This document shows, piece by piece, positions 51,261-63,366 of a DNA stretch of 64,000 nt (positions are counted from its first letter, which is position 1; every line of letters begins with the position of its first letter). Location of the stretch: positions 11,442,296-11,506,295 of the forward strand of contig JARDVH010000110.1 in NCBI GenBank assembly GCA_030324005.1. Direction: 5' to 3'. This DNA is from Negaprion brevirostris (taxonomy: Eukaryota). The translations under genes were made by a program, and so were the position numbers. The notes under the pieces are model-generated. The model saw nothing but the letters and a program-made list of their open reading frames with translations. It was not told the DNA's origin and searched no databases.

Positions 51261-51919
51261 AGACCATGTTGCTATTGTGAAACCCGAGTGTCTGGGTAGA
51301 TAGGGATTCCTCTGGGGTTTGTCAAAACAAGACAGGAAGGGGCAATGTAATTGTTAACTTTTTTTCCTCTATTTTATTAATAATTCTCTGTGCATTCACT
51401 GGAACCTGTAACTGGTCACAATTCCTACCCCTGCCAGCTTCAATGTACTCTTACAGAATGGCAGTATTCTCTAGGGCAGTTGTACAATACTCGACTCTGC
51501 TGTCAGCTGCAATCTTTAGCATTCTGGCTTAATCTGTCGTTCAGGGAAAAGTGACTGTTGCTGAATGGTTGAGCCCAGCAGGTTTACTTCTCTCTACTCT
51601 TGAAGGTGCCACTTTTGTTGGCACAAATGTCTGGGCGGCAGGATGGGGGGGCGTGATTAGGGATGTGGGAGGACGATGGGGAGCTACGTGGAAGGTTTCA
51701 CACTCCCTCCTCAGCACAGCGGCTGTTCTTCACTTCAATTCTAAACAATTTGTACTGACAATCTATTCAACTGAGGAATGCACTGCAGCTAGAGAAGACC
51801 CTGCCTGTAAGCGATGCCTATGGAAATGCAATCTCCAGTCTGGGTAGTTGGTTAATGATCAGGATTGGAGACCCCAATGATTTTAGTATTTTCCCCTTCC
51901 CTGATCACTGGGACAAACG

Positions 51920-52142
51920 CTGATCATCGAATTCAATATCCAGATCCACCCTTCCTCCCATATACCTTGATTGCTTTAGCCCCAAGAGGTGTATCTAATT
52001 TCTTCTTGAAATCAGACAATGTTTTGGCCTCAACTGCTTTCTGTGGTAGTAAATTCCACACATTCACCATCCTCTGGGTGAGGAAATTTCTCCTCACCTC
52101 AGTTCTAAAAGGTTTATCCCTTATCCTCAAACCATGACCCTA
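51920..52142 (-). mobile_element. CR1 ORF2 C-terminal fragment
   Basis: Translates as GHGLRIRDKPFRTEVRRNFLTQRMVNVWNLLPQKAVEA..FKKKLD, the classic CR1 C-terminus. Confidence 0.9.
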
Positions 52143-55100
52143 TACGGTTTATTTACTCATTTATTGAGCAGTTCAAATGACTGAAATTTACAAGAAATGT
52201 TAGTTTTGTTTTCAATTGGGCTCATCAAATATCACCACCAACTCTCTGTAAAAACGGATCCTTTGTTTTTGACTATAGTGAGAAATAATAAACGATTCAA
52301 TTTGCAAATGCACAGTAATGTGCTCGAAACACAGTGCTAATTTCTGCTGGTGAAGGTAATGAAGAGCTGTGCTACTAGCAGCCCTTATGATCCCAGCTGC
52401 CCTCCCTGTTCCATGGTGAGTTCGCTGGAATCAGGTCAGATGATGTCAGGAGAACTGGGTTTGACTCCAGTGTTCTCTGGGTTGATTAGAAGATGGGAAG
52501 CCCCAGTCAGTGCTCCCATTCCAGATTGATACCAGAAGGTGCATGCATGTGTTGAAGTCAAGAATTGCCTTCAGTTGTGATGCTCATCCTGGAAAATGTG
52601 GCGCTTCCTGCCCAGTGCACTCATCTGAAGGACGGAGAAGGGGGAGGGGGGGAGACTGATGCCCATCTGCTAGAAAGAAGGCAGCACCTTCAGGAAGAAT
52701 GAATGGGGAAGAAAATCGAAGGTGGAAGACAATTTCAGAACTTTTGAACTATGAAAGGCGTGCTGAGGTGCAGCATGTTGGTGTCAGAGAGTGTGAGCAC
52801 ACCAGTATTTAACCAATCTACTTTTGAAGCAATTAGGGCATTGTAGGGAAGAAAAACAATTTGCTCTTAGCCCAAAATTGATACCATGAGGACTTTTGTC
52901 TGTTTGGGATCTGATTCCCAAATTGTTGCCTAGGCGTAAATTACTGTTAAGTGATTTGCTCTATAGTCGAGAGAGCGCTCCAGCTTCTTTCTATTATGGT
53001 AATAATTTATATAAAAAGCACATACATTAATGTCATTTTCATTGTTAAAAAGTTTCAGCAATGTTAAAGGCTGTTGTTAGACACAATTATATTTCACTTA
53101 AATTGTTAGTACTTTACAAATTGAGACTATTAAGAACATTGAACTTTCTTTTTTTTCTTAAAAGGGTGGGATACCTCTTTTTTGTTGGTGTCCCTTGGGT
53201 ACATTTAAGAATATAAAAAAATACCTACACGCCAATACTTTACACAAACATTGAATCCTTTCGTGTCAATCCTTTCTTCTTCAGCTCATACAAATATGGC
53301 AGCTAGAGTTAGGCTTGTGGGCCTGCTCATTGTTGCATTGAGAAATGATTCTAAATAAGTTGAGTTTGATAAAATGGCCCAAACATAGACCAGAATATTC
53401 TCTTTCAGTTCAGAGTTTTGCTGGAATGTTTTTAGTCATTCACTTGGTGCTAAATATGTAGAAATGTTCTCTATCTTAACTTAATTCACTGCCTTGATAG
53501 GTAGCCATTGGTGAACATCTCCGATTCATAAGTAGTTTATAGTTTGTGTCCATGTGCTTTGAAAAGGTAAGATTTTATGGCTGACATCAGGTTACAGTAA
53601 GGCACTTCCTGACCTACTCTTTGTATGTTTCCCAGTATTTCAGAGCACTGTTTTTGCCATGGCTGGGGAATGTATCTTTATACCTAGAATTCAACTTGGT
53701 ACAACAAAATACAGATTTCTTTGCTTTTTTAAAAAACCTAGTGTCTTTGAATGCATGTATCTGTGATACATTGCCATGAGTATGTAACCCTTGGGTAGGT
53801 AATTCAAGAGGCCATTCTCTGTGCAAAATTATGGGTGGTGATGGTCACCAGGCCTACTAGCTCTTCCCATTTCAGAAGTGCTAACTCCAGGCCCCATGAA
53901 CTGTGTCATTAAATCTCAGCTCTTATAATGGAAGGAAATAAGAGGTGGAATTATATCTCAGCAGACATAACAGAGTTGAAAGCTCTCATTAAAACTATCT
54001 ACGTTTTAAAACAAATCTGTCCAGTTTGAAGTAAAAAAAATCTTAGATTCAGTCAATGGAAAAGATTCATAAAGAGATTGCAACAAATTCCCCAGTCAAC
54101 TATTTTAAAATTAACCTGAGATAAATCAGTAATTTGTACAACAGAGCCTTGAGAATGATATAATAAAGAATGTAAAGCGTATAGCAAAATCAAGAAGGAA
54201 GCAGTTTTTCTAGCTGGGGCAGTTGTTTTTCTGGGGAGCAGTCTGAATCAAACTAATAGGAATTANNNNNNNNNNNNNNNNNNNNNNNNNNNNNNNNNNN
54301 NNNNNNNNNNNNNNNNNNNNNNNNNNNNNNNNNNNNNNNNNNNNNNNNNNNNNNNNNNNNNNNNNAGGGGGGGCGGGGGGGGGGGGCGATCAAAACATTG
54401 CCACAGAGTTAGTTTTTGGAAAAGCATGGAAACTTGAGAGAAAAGTTGAAAGTGTCATCGAACAGCGAGGATGAACCTTCTGCAAAACTGCCTTGTAGAA
54501 CTTGAGGGTTGGTAGGAAAATTGGTGGATTTGGCCTTTGGTCTTGTCCATCAGTCACCTCGTCTGTACCCAAGCAGCTTGCACACACATCCATTATCGTC
54601 TTAAATCCAAATTGATTGTTTCTCCACATTCGATATGAATCAACAGCCCTCAGTGCAAAGAGAGGACTCCGGCAGAGCACTTCTATGTGTTGTTATAGCA
54701 GGAAACCAATAAACGGCTTAATGGATATGGAGGGGAGGGGGAGTGTGGTAGAAGGAGAGACTTAGAAACTGGAATTGGTGGGGGAAAGTTGGGGGCATGT
54801 AAAAGGTGATGCATATTTGGCTGAGACCAAGCCAGCATGCATCAAGATAATTAAAACGCAAAGAACTAAGGAACCTGGGTACAAAGTAAGCATATAACTC
54901 TTCTGTTGGAGGAACCTCATCCGAAATCAGGTATTTTATTAAAGTTTATACTTAACTCACCATCGGCCCTGAAGCATGAACTTTTTCTCATCTGGACTCA
55001 CCACTTCATTTTGTATGGTTATACAAAATAATTGGTTTCAGGGTGCTGCAATTTGCTGGCTGTACCTTGAAGCTTAGCAATGTGATTATACAATTCCTGC

Positions 55101-55228
55101 TAGATACCATGTGGTTTCCATTAGCAGTAACTTGTGATTGACTGATTTCATGAGGCATGTCAATAAGAACAGATCACTAACTCACATAAAGTTACGGGCG
55201 GTGTTGGGGGGGGTGGGTGGGGGGAGGG

Positions 55229-55318
55229 ACAAAAACAGAAAATGCTGAAAAACCTCAGAAGCTCTGACAGTATCTGTGGGGAGAGAATAGAGGCAACGTT
55301 TCAAGTCTAGATGACCCA
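55229..55318. mobile_element. Fragment of the Penelope-derived short element family seen at 21420
   Basis: aaaacagaaaatgctg..ctcag..atctgtgg.gagagaa..aacgtttc. Confidence 0.6.
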
Positions 55319-55352
55319 CATAGCTCTTGTTCCGGTACAGTTATTAGCTGTG

Positions 55353-55480
55353 ATTGTAATCCTATATTCTGCCCACTCTCCTTTCCTTCCCTATGTACAG
55401 TATGCTTTGTATAGTATGCAAGAAACAATACTTCTCACTGTCTGCTCATACATGTGACAATAATAAATCAAATCAAATCA
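55353..55480 (+). mobile_element. Rex1/Babar 3' tail
   Basis: Reverse complement of 12715-12850, with a (TCAAA)n tail. Confidence 0.75.
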
Positions 55481-56709
55481 GTGATGACCACCTTCTGTAC
55501 CTGAGCCAGTTGACTACTTCCCNNNNNNNNNNNNNNNNNNNNNNNNNNNNNNNNNNNNNNNNNNNNNNNNNNNNNNNNNNNNNNNNNNNNNNNNNNNNNN
55601 NNNNNNNNNNNNNNNNNNNNNNNNNNNNNNNNNNNNNNNNNNNNNNNNNNNNNNNNNNNNNNNNNNNNNNNNNNNNNNNNNNNNNNNNNNNNNNNNNNNN
55701 NNNNNNNNCCCTACAGGACATGAGTGACACAGCAGGAGTCGCCTTCCAATTTAACTGGCTTACATGTTCCGAAAACATGCTCACTAAGGTGAATGGTACA
55801 TACCATTCCTACTGTAACTGTCCCGGGCTGTAAGAACAGGCTAGGATTTGGCCTGGGACTCGGGACTGTGCTTACACACTGTTCCATCCCGTCTGCACCC
55901 TATTGCATACATACACAATACAGGACCTGACTATTCAAACCAGCTGATTAGGCATGTGTGAATGTTCCACACAAACCACCTCCCACACTATCCACCTCTC
56001 TCTTTCAACCTAATCTTCCATTCTGTTGTTTTTCGTACATCCCCTTAAATGAACCTAAGGTACTCATGTCAGCCACTGCTTTGGTAGCGAGTGCCACATT
56101 CTCTGGTTAAAGAAGTTTCTTCTGAGATCTCTATTGTGAATTGTTTAATTCTTTATTAATTATTGGATGAGTTGTTGATTATTTAATGGCTAATTGTTTG
56201 CCTCAGTGACGCCTCATGGCACATATCTGCTTTGCTACCTGCATTCAGACTGAGCAAAGCGAGTGACCTCCATGTGCTGTTCTCCTGCTGTAATGCCTGG
56301 ATTCGGGAATGGGCCATCTCTTTGACAAGCAGAGGGCTGCCTTCTGGATTTACTCCCTCACACAAATCCCGACTACAGAAGCTCAAGCTCTGGTGGAGGT
56401 GCATGGGGTCTGCAGCTGGCTGCATTCCTAAAGTGTAAAAGCAGTTTTGATTGCTGCCTGTCACTTCTCATTCACAACCTCATGAAGTTGCAGTTTGCTT
56501 ACAAGGCTGGTTTACAACATTAACACCAGCTTGATGTTATTACCTGCTGTTACTAAAGAACGCTGGTACTGGCTTTCTCATGCACTGTGTAAATCACAAT
56601 CTTAGGAAATCGGAAACTGCTGACAATTCCAAATGGAGTTATTTACTTAAAAATGGACATTGCCTCCATCTAAGACATTACAATTACATCAGTGATCTTC
56701 AATAATAGC

Positions 56710-57072
56710 CACTGAATCACTGATACCCCACACTGAATCGAGAATACCCCACCTGAATCACCGATACCCCACCTGAATCACCGACACCCCGCACTGAATC
56801 ACCGATACCCCACCTGAATCACCGATACCCCACACTGAATCACCGATACCCCACCTGAATCACCGATACCCCGCACTGAATCACTGACACCCCGCACTGA
56901 ATCACCGATGCACCGCACTGAATCACCGATACCCCACCTGAATCACCGACCCCTGCACTGAATCACCGACTCCTGCACTGAATCACCGACACCCCGCACT
57001 GAATCACCGACACCCCGCACTGAATCACCGACACCCCGCACTGAATCACCGATACACCGCACTGAATCACAG
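56710..57072. repeat. Minisatellite, about 18 units of 20-21 bp (consensus CACTGAATCACCGAYACCCCR)
   Basis: CTGAATC recurs every 20-21 bp with no unique spacers. Confidence 0.95.
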
Positions 57073-59351
57073 ATTCCACATAGTGCTGGCTGCTGTTCCA
57101 GGACAGAATTTTATTTTGGGATAAGGGGAAGGGGGTACTATCCACTTTTCCTGAATATTGCTGCTTCTACGAGTATGCAAATGTTTTAACTGAACCGTGA
57201 GCCTGCCGTTACTGCTTTGATTGGGTGGCTGGTGGTTGATGTGGGAGTACTGCAGTAGCCTATTGTTTCACACGGTAGTCTCCATCCATCAGGGACGTTA
57301 CAATTGAGCACACATACTGCCACTGGACAGTGAGACCATGTGGGTGTGAACTAAGCCTTAACTGTTGCACAACTACCTTGATGGATTCTCACTTTGATGC
57401 CTGCTGCCCTGGCTGACCATGTGAAACATTGCTGCTTTGGGTGAGTTGCACAGGGATAGCCACCTCCTGCTGAACCCCGAATAAAGCACCGACAGCTTCT
57501 GTGGAGACATCTAACTTAACTGTGATACAGGGGTGTGGCCTTGCTTTATTCTCCTACTCGGGAGTCCAAGTCTGGAGCTGTGCTTGGTGTGTTTTGTTGA
57601 ATTTCCGATGTGCATATACAAACACAAACATCACACGGCTCGTTGTTGCCGACTTCATTCTGTTTTTTTTCAGACACCTCAGGGTAGCAGTCCCCAATGT
57701 TAGATCAAACAGTAGGTTTCCAGTCAATATTACAGAGTAGTACATTTATACTGTAACAAATGCATGCTGGGGTCTATGTTGTTTTATCCACTCAGTAATT
57801 AAATGCAGCTTCAAACAGTATTGAAGGGACAATTCCTTGTGCTCACTGCTTAATTAGTTTTGCCTTGTCCTCGAAGTGTCCCATCACAGCCCAATCAATA
57901 GCACTCTGGAGAACCCTCAACTGATAATGGAAACAGATCTCACTGCCTTGAGGTGGAATCCGGACAGTCTTTAAGCTTAGAAAAATAGTTCCAATAAATG
58001 TATCAACAGTCATATAAAACTCTGGCCATTAATCTTGTCAGGGTAAGAAATATAATGAGTGGTTTTAATTGAAGTTTATTTCTTTGAGTGTAGTTGGTTT
58101 ATTAGGTGGAAAGTGATTCAGTAGTAAATTGTAAATGTGGAAATCTGCTTAAATGCAGTAGCCTGCAAAGCATTTTAATGCATAAGCTGATAGATGTGGA
58201 AAATAGAGGCGTCTATGGAATTTTACTGTATATTTTATTGATGCCTACACTGTACAAATCATCGTGTTTTATTTGGTTGCTGAGTGAAGCATTAATCCTT
58301 GATAAAGTCTCTCTTCCAAAAAAAGAGCACATTGGCTTTTTACTTTGGCATTATATAGGTTCTTAAAAGGGGTTGACCTGAAGTCCTAAAATAGATTTTA
58401 TGTGAATGGGCTGCAGTCAGCAGAAAGCAGGCCATTCTCCCCCCCATGAAGCATGGCACGTTTGTTTTGGATCCCATGCGATACTTTGGCTAAGTACATG
58501 AAAGCGGTTTTAATGTCTGATGTTGGTAATACCAAAGATGTTCAGGGCATGGGTCTCTCACATTTTTCCAATCAGCTGCTGCATTGGAGTGTCAAAAGTA
58601 AACACATTGTGTGATGGAATAAATATGGGTGAATTATGTGGGAGGTTTGTATTGCATTGTCTTTCTGGAATTGAGCAACTTGTTAAATATACCTTGATAA
58701 CGGAATTTAATCGTAGCTCCCTGCCAATGGCTGATATGTATTTGTCTATCAGACTGTGGATAAACTGAATAAGCATCTCCTTTGAGATTTGAAAAAAGAA
58801 ACAATATTGGAGAATTGGTGCTACAGTTTCATAGCGATATCTCCAACTCTTACTCCCTTCACCAGCTAAATGGTATAATTTTTCTTTGTATTCTGTAATA
58901 GAGGAGTAAATTTATTCAAATTTGCCCTGGAACTTAATTTAGTTATAAATGCTCATGATAAAGAGAGCATCTGAGATGGCCTTTCTAACAGAAAGAGAAA
59001 AGCATCTTGGTACAGTATCTGAGAGAGCTATATTTATAGCCATAGGGATGTACAACAGAAAGGGTTTGCTTTATCCTTTCTGTTTTACAAGAGGGTGACA
59101 TTAGTCTGGTATTTTATATCAGAGGTTGTGGGGTATCTCGGGGCTTGCTTAAAATCCCCAACTTTACCCTTAAAGAGTTAAAACAGCACCTTTGAAAATC
59201 TTGTGTGTCTCTCTATAAGTTATGTCTTGTGGGATCTGACAAAACCAAAGTAACCTGTAGGATTCAGAAGATCTAACAGAGTGTGTCAGTATTTAGATTC
59301 ACATACAGAATTTGAGAGAGATTCTTGTGGGAATATAGGAATTGTGAGAAC

Positions 59352-59380
59352 TTTGCACTTGCTCACTGAGCAAGTGCAAA
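59352..59380. repeat. Perfect 14-bp inverted repeat with a 1-nt spacer
   Basis: tttgcacttgctca-c-tgagcaagtgcaaa. Confidence 0.95.
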
Positions 59381-62026
59381 ATCTATCCTAAAACTACATT
59401 ACTGGGACATCATGATGGCAATCTGTATTGCAAACCTTGCTTTACATTCTGACCTATGTAACAACCTTGGATATGAGCTTGTATTGTCAGAAAAAAAACT
59501 TCCACCGTGAGTAAAGCACTAAGAGGGATAGAGAGCAAGATATCACAAATCTGTGCTGGGCCAGCTAATCTTAGTTTGACCAGAGGCAGGAGTGCTCGAT
59601 TGATCTCAGCATCTCAGAGTGACAGCATAAATTATCAACCTGCACTTTNNNNNNNNNNNNNNNNNNNNNNNNNNNNNNNNNNNNNNNNNNNNNNNNNNNN
59701 NNNNNNNNNNNNNNNNNNNNNNNNNNNNNNNNNNNNNNNNNNNNNNNNNNNNNNNNNNNNNNNNNNNNNNNNNNNNNNNNNNNNNNNNNNNNNNNNNNNN
59801 NNNNNNNNNNNNNNNNNNNNNNNNNNNNNNNNNNNNNNNNNNNNNNNNNNNNNNNNNNNNNNNNNNNNNNNNNNNNNNNNNNNNNNNNNNNNNNNNNATA
59901 TTCCCTATCTAGAACCAAAAACATAAGGGTGCTGATTTTCATTTTGGAGGGTATCCATGGAATTGACCATACAGTGGCTGAAGAATTCAGGAGAACAGGA
60001 ACGAAAAGGACAAAATTGCCCAAAGAATGTAATCCAATTGTGACAGTCAAAAAAGCATCCAGCAGGTTCTAATTGAGGGAGGCCCCTGTGGAGAGCGATG
60101 TCTCATCTGACTGGGATCTAAGCACTTAATGATGTTATTCTTCAGCACTTTGATGTTTATAGAGAGTGGGATTTTTACATCGCAGTCTGGTGAGAGTGTT
60201 GCTGTTTGGCTGCTCCTCTTTGCACCCCTCAACTCCTAATAATCTTCTGCAGACACATTACGCCAGCACGAGTGAACTGAAGCCAACGATTTTTACGATA
60301 ATTATTTTGTTTGTTAATGACCTGCCAATAAACAAATGGCAGCAGGAGGAATTTGCCAGGTTTTGGCGCATCATGTCTCTCTTCACGCCAGCTGAGACAC
60401 AAGAGTTGTTCTTTTATATGATGGGAAGCCCCCAGTGCCAGTTCCCAGTCTCAAGTGGCACTTCACAAAAGAATGTGGCTGGCCTGGTGGCAACACGTCG
60501 CGATAAGCTAAGAGAGACTGTGAAGTGTTAAAATGTTTACATNNNNNNNNNNAGGAGGAATGCTTCTAAACATGCATGCTGGTCCAGAGGCAGACAGCCT
60601 GCACAAAGGATTGCTAGTTGGAATAAAGCCACTTGATTTAAAGTATCTCTTTTTTACTCAACTAGTAGTAATTGAGTCAACTAATAGCGATTGATTGACA
60701 CTCACCAAAGCTGTAAATCAGGACTCTGCGTAATTGTACTGTTTGATATTTAAAGGTTTCCAGAGGGAAGGTGTTTGTTATTGAATGCTGTTTCTCTCTG
60801 AGAGTTTTCCCACTCTTTTTCTGCTAGGTGTTGTTTACCCTGTGTCCTGCTCCCACAGATGAGAAGGCTGGTAGGGAACTTGTTCGCAGGTTTCTGAAGA
60901 GTTTTATCACTCCCAGCCTGGGCATCTGGTGCAAGACCATCACTTGACTTGTGCTACCAATCTTTTCTGTCTGTAATTTGCATCTTGCCTTTTGAAAGCC
61001 TAATTTGTGCCTTCGCACTTTGTGGTGTGTGTTGACTAAAATCTTAAGACTTCCTATTGCCTGATCTCCGTATGCCGGAAACTACTGTCAGTGGTATTAT
61101 AACACATAGGCTAATGCACTCGAATCAAAGTCATCTGTCTATTTTAATAGTGGTGTTAATCTGACCAAGAACAATGTATGAATGAGTTAAACGTGATTGA
61201 ATTAATCATCGCCAGGAATACTCGGAACTACACTAGCTTTGAAATCAAAAACAGCACAACCAAAGCACTGTGCCAGCCAAGACCTGAAGTGGCCCAGTGA
61301 ATCCATTTCCAATCCAAACCCCTCACAGATGCAAAATCACATTTGTTGTCACAGCCAGCAACCTAACAAAATGAACTAACCACGTGTCTGAAATTTAGTA
61401 GCCCAGCCTCTATTTTGGTAGCCTGGTTTCTTTGAACTTTGTCCTTTACTTGAACTCATTTGCCTCAGTTGGGTAACTTTCATAATTCTTGATGGGGGCC
61501 ACAGCTGAAAATCTCTCAAAGGATCAAGACTGTGTCTCCTTCTGAAAACTCCATTTGGTGTCACCACAGTTATAAGCTTTGGAAGCAATTGTAGCTTGAC
61601 GAGACAGCGTGTAGTGATTGTACTCAATTAGTAAATTCCTTCTAACAGTGACATGTCAAGAGGTAAAGATTGAAGAAATGGTGTTCTTTGCAGAGATTGT
61701 CACAGGAGAAAGTTCAAGATGTTAGTTTATACCCATTGAATGGAGTTGGCATGGATGTTGGAATATTTTAAAAGTTACTCCTGAAAATGAATTTAAAACC
61801 TTTTGTAAACATTTGTAGAATTTGATAGCAAATGCTGCCCAGTCCCTAAACTACAGCCTTAGCTTTGATGCATGCAGTTTATCCAAAATGTGACACTCGT
61901 GATGATAAAGAGCTAACTGGGAGCTTGCCTGACACCTTAGTGGGACCATGGATCCTCCTAGACCCAAACTTTGCTTATCTCAATATGTGGGGCAGTCGTG
62001 ATGTTGCAGTTGGCCTCTTTGACTGG

Positions 62027-63366
62027 GTAAGAAGTCTCACAACACCAGGTTAAAGTCCAACAAGTTTATTTGGTAGCAAAAGCTACTAGATTTCGGAGTG
62101 CTACTCCTTCGTCAGGTGAGTGGGATTTCAGTTCTCAAACAGGGCATGTAAAGGTACAAACTCAATTTACAAGATAATGCTCGTGACTGCTGAAGTGTTC
62201 CCCAACAGGAAGAGAACACTCTTGCCTGGTGATTGTTGAGCGGTTTTCATTCATCCATTGTCGTAGCGTCTGCACGGTCTCCCCAATGTACCATTCCTCG
62301 GGACATCCTTTCCTGCAGCGTATCAAGTAGACGTTAGCCGAGTTGCAAGTGTATGTTCTGTGTAGCTGGTGGATGGTGTTCTCACATGAGATGATGGTAT
62401 CCATGTCGATGATCCGGCATGTCTTGCAGAGGTTGCTGTGTCAAGGTGGTGTGGTGTCGTGGTCATTGTTCTCCTGAAGGCTGGGTAGTTGGCTGCGGAC
62501 AATGGTCTGTTTGAGNNNNNNNNNNNNNNNNNNNNNNNNNNNNNNNNNNNNNNNNNNNNNNNNNNNNNNNNNNNNNNNNNNNNNNNNNNNNNNNNNNNNN
62601 NNNNNNNNNNNNNNNNNNNNNNNNNNNNNNNNNNNNNNNNNNNNNNNNNNNNNNNNNNNNNNNNNNNNNNNNNNNNNNNNNNNNNNNNNNNNNNNNNNNN
62701 NNNNNNNNNNNNNNNNNNNNNNNNNNNNNNNNNNNNNNNNNNNNNNNNNNNNNNNNNNNNNNNNNNNNNNNNNNNNNNNNNNNNNNNNNNNNNNNNNNNN
62801 NNNNNNNNNNNNNNNNNNNNNNNNNNNNNNNNNNNNNNNNNNNNNNNNNNNNNNNNNNNNNNNNNNNNNNNNNNNNNNNNNNNNNNNNNNNNNNNNNNNN
62901 NNNNNNNNNNNNNNNNNNNNNNNNNNNNNNNNNNNNNNNNNNNNNNNNNNNNNNNNNNNNNNNNNNNNNNNNNNNNNNNNNNNNNNNNNNNNNNNNNNNN
63001 NNNNNNNNNNNNNNNNNNNNNNNNNNNNNNNNNNNNNNNNNNNNNNNNNNNNNNNNNNNNNNNNNNNNNNNNNNNNNNNNNNNNNNNNNNNNNNNNNNNN
63101 NNNNNNNNNNNNNNNNNNNNNNNNNNNNNNNNNNNNNNNNNNNNNNNNNNNNNNNNNNNNNNNNNNNNNNNNNNNNNNNNNNNNNNNNNNNNNNNNNNNN
63201 NNNNNNTTGTGGTACAGTGAGGTGCTGAGGTGACTGTCCTTGATGGAGATGTGTGTGTCCAAGAATGCAACTGATTCTGGAGACTAGTCCATGGTGAGTC
63301 TGATGGTGGGATGGAACTTGTTGATGTTGTTTCAGTGATTGTTCACCATGAGTCCAAAGGAAGAAA
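62027..63366 (-). mobile_element. Penelope-like retroelement, 5'-truncated and frameshifted (RT end, GIY-YIG endonuclease, pseudo-LTR)
   Basis: Minus strand carries FFLWTHGEQSL and FLDTHISIKDSHLSTSLY (RT). YTCNSANVYLIRCRKGCPEEWYIGET..LRQWMNE..R...PVGEHFS is the GIY-YIG domain. Terminal repeat at 62027-62170. Confidence 0.92.
62082..62120 (-). ncRNA. Minimal hammerhead ribozyme motif in Penelope pseudo-LTR (partly mutated)
   Basis: Minus strand reads ctcac-CTGACGA-a-ggagt-agc-actcc-GAAA-tc-TA-gta. Confidence 0.6.

Noticed and set aside
14222-54388. G/C runs beside gaps (14222, 30015, 38130, 54367) as functional G-quadruplexes
   Set aside because: Their association with gaps is explained by short-read dropout. 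No evidence of function.
56710-57072. CRISPR-like periodic repeat
   Set aside because: Units are contiguous with no unique spacers, there are no cas genes, and the context is eukaryotic. It is a minisatellite.
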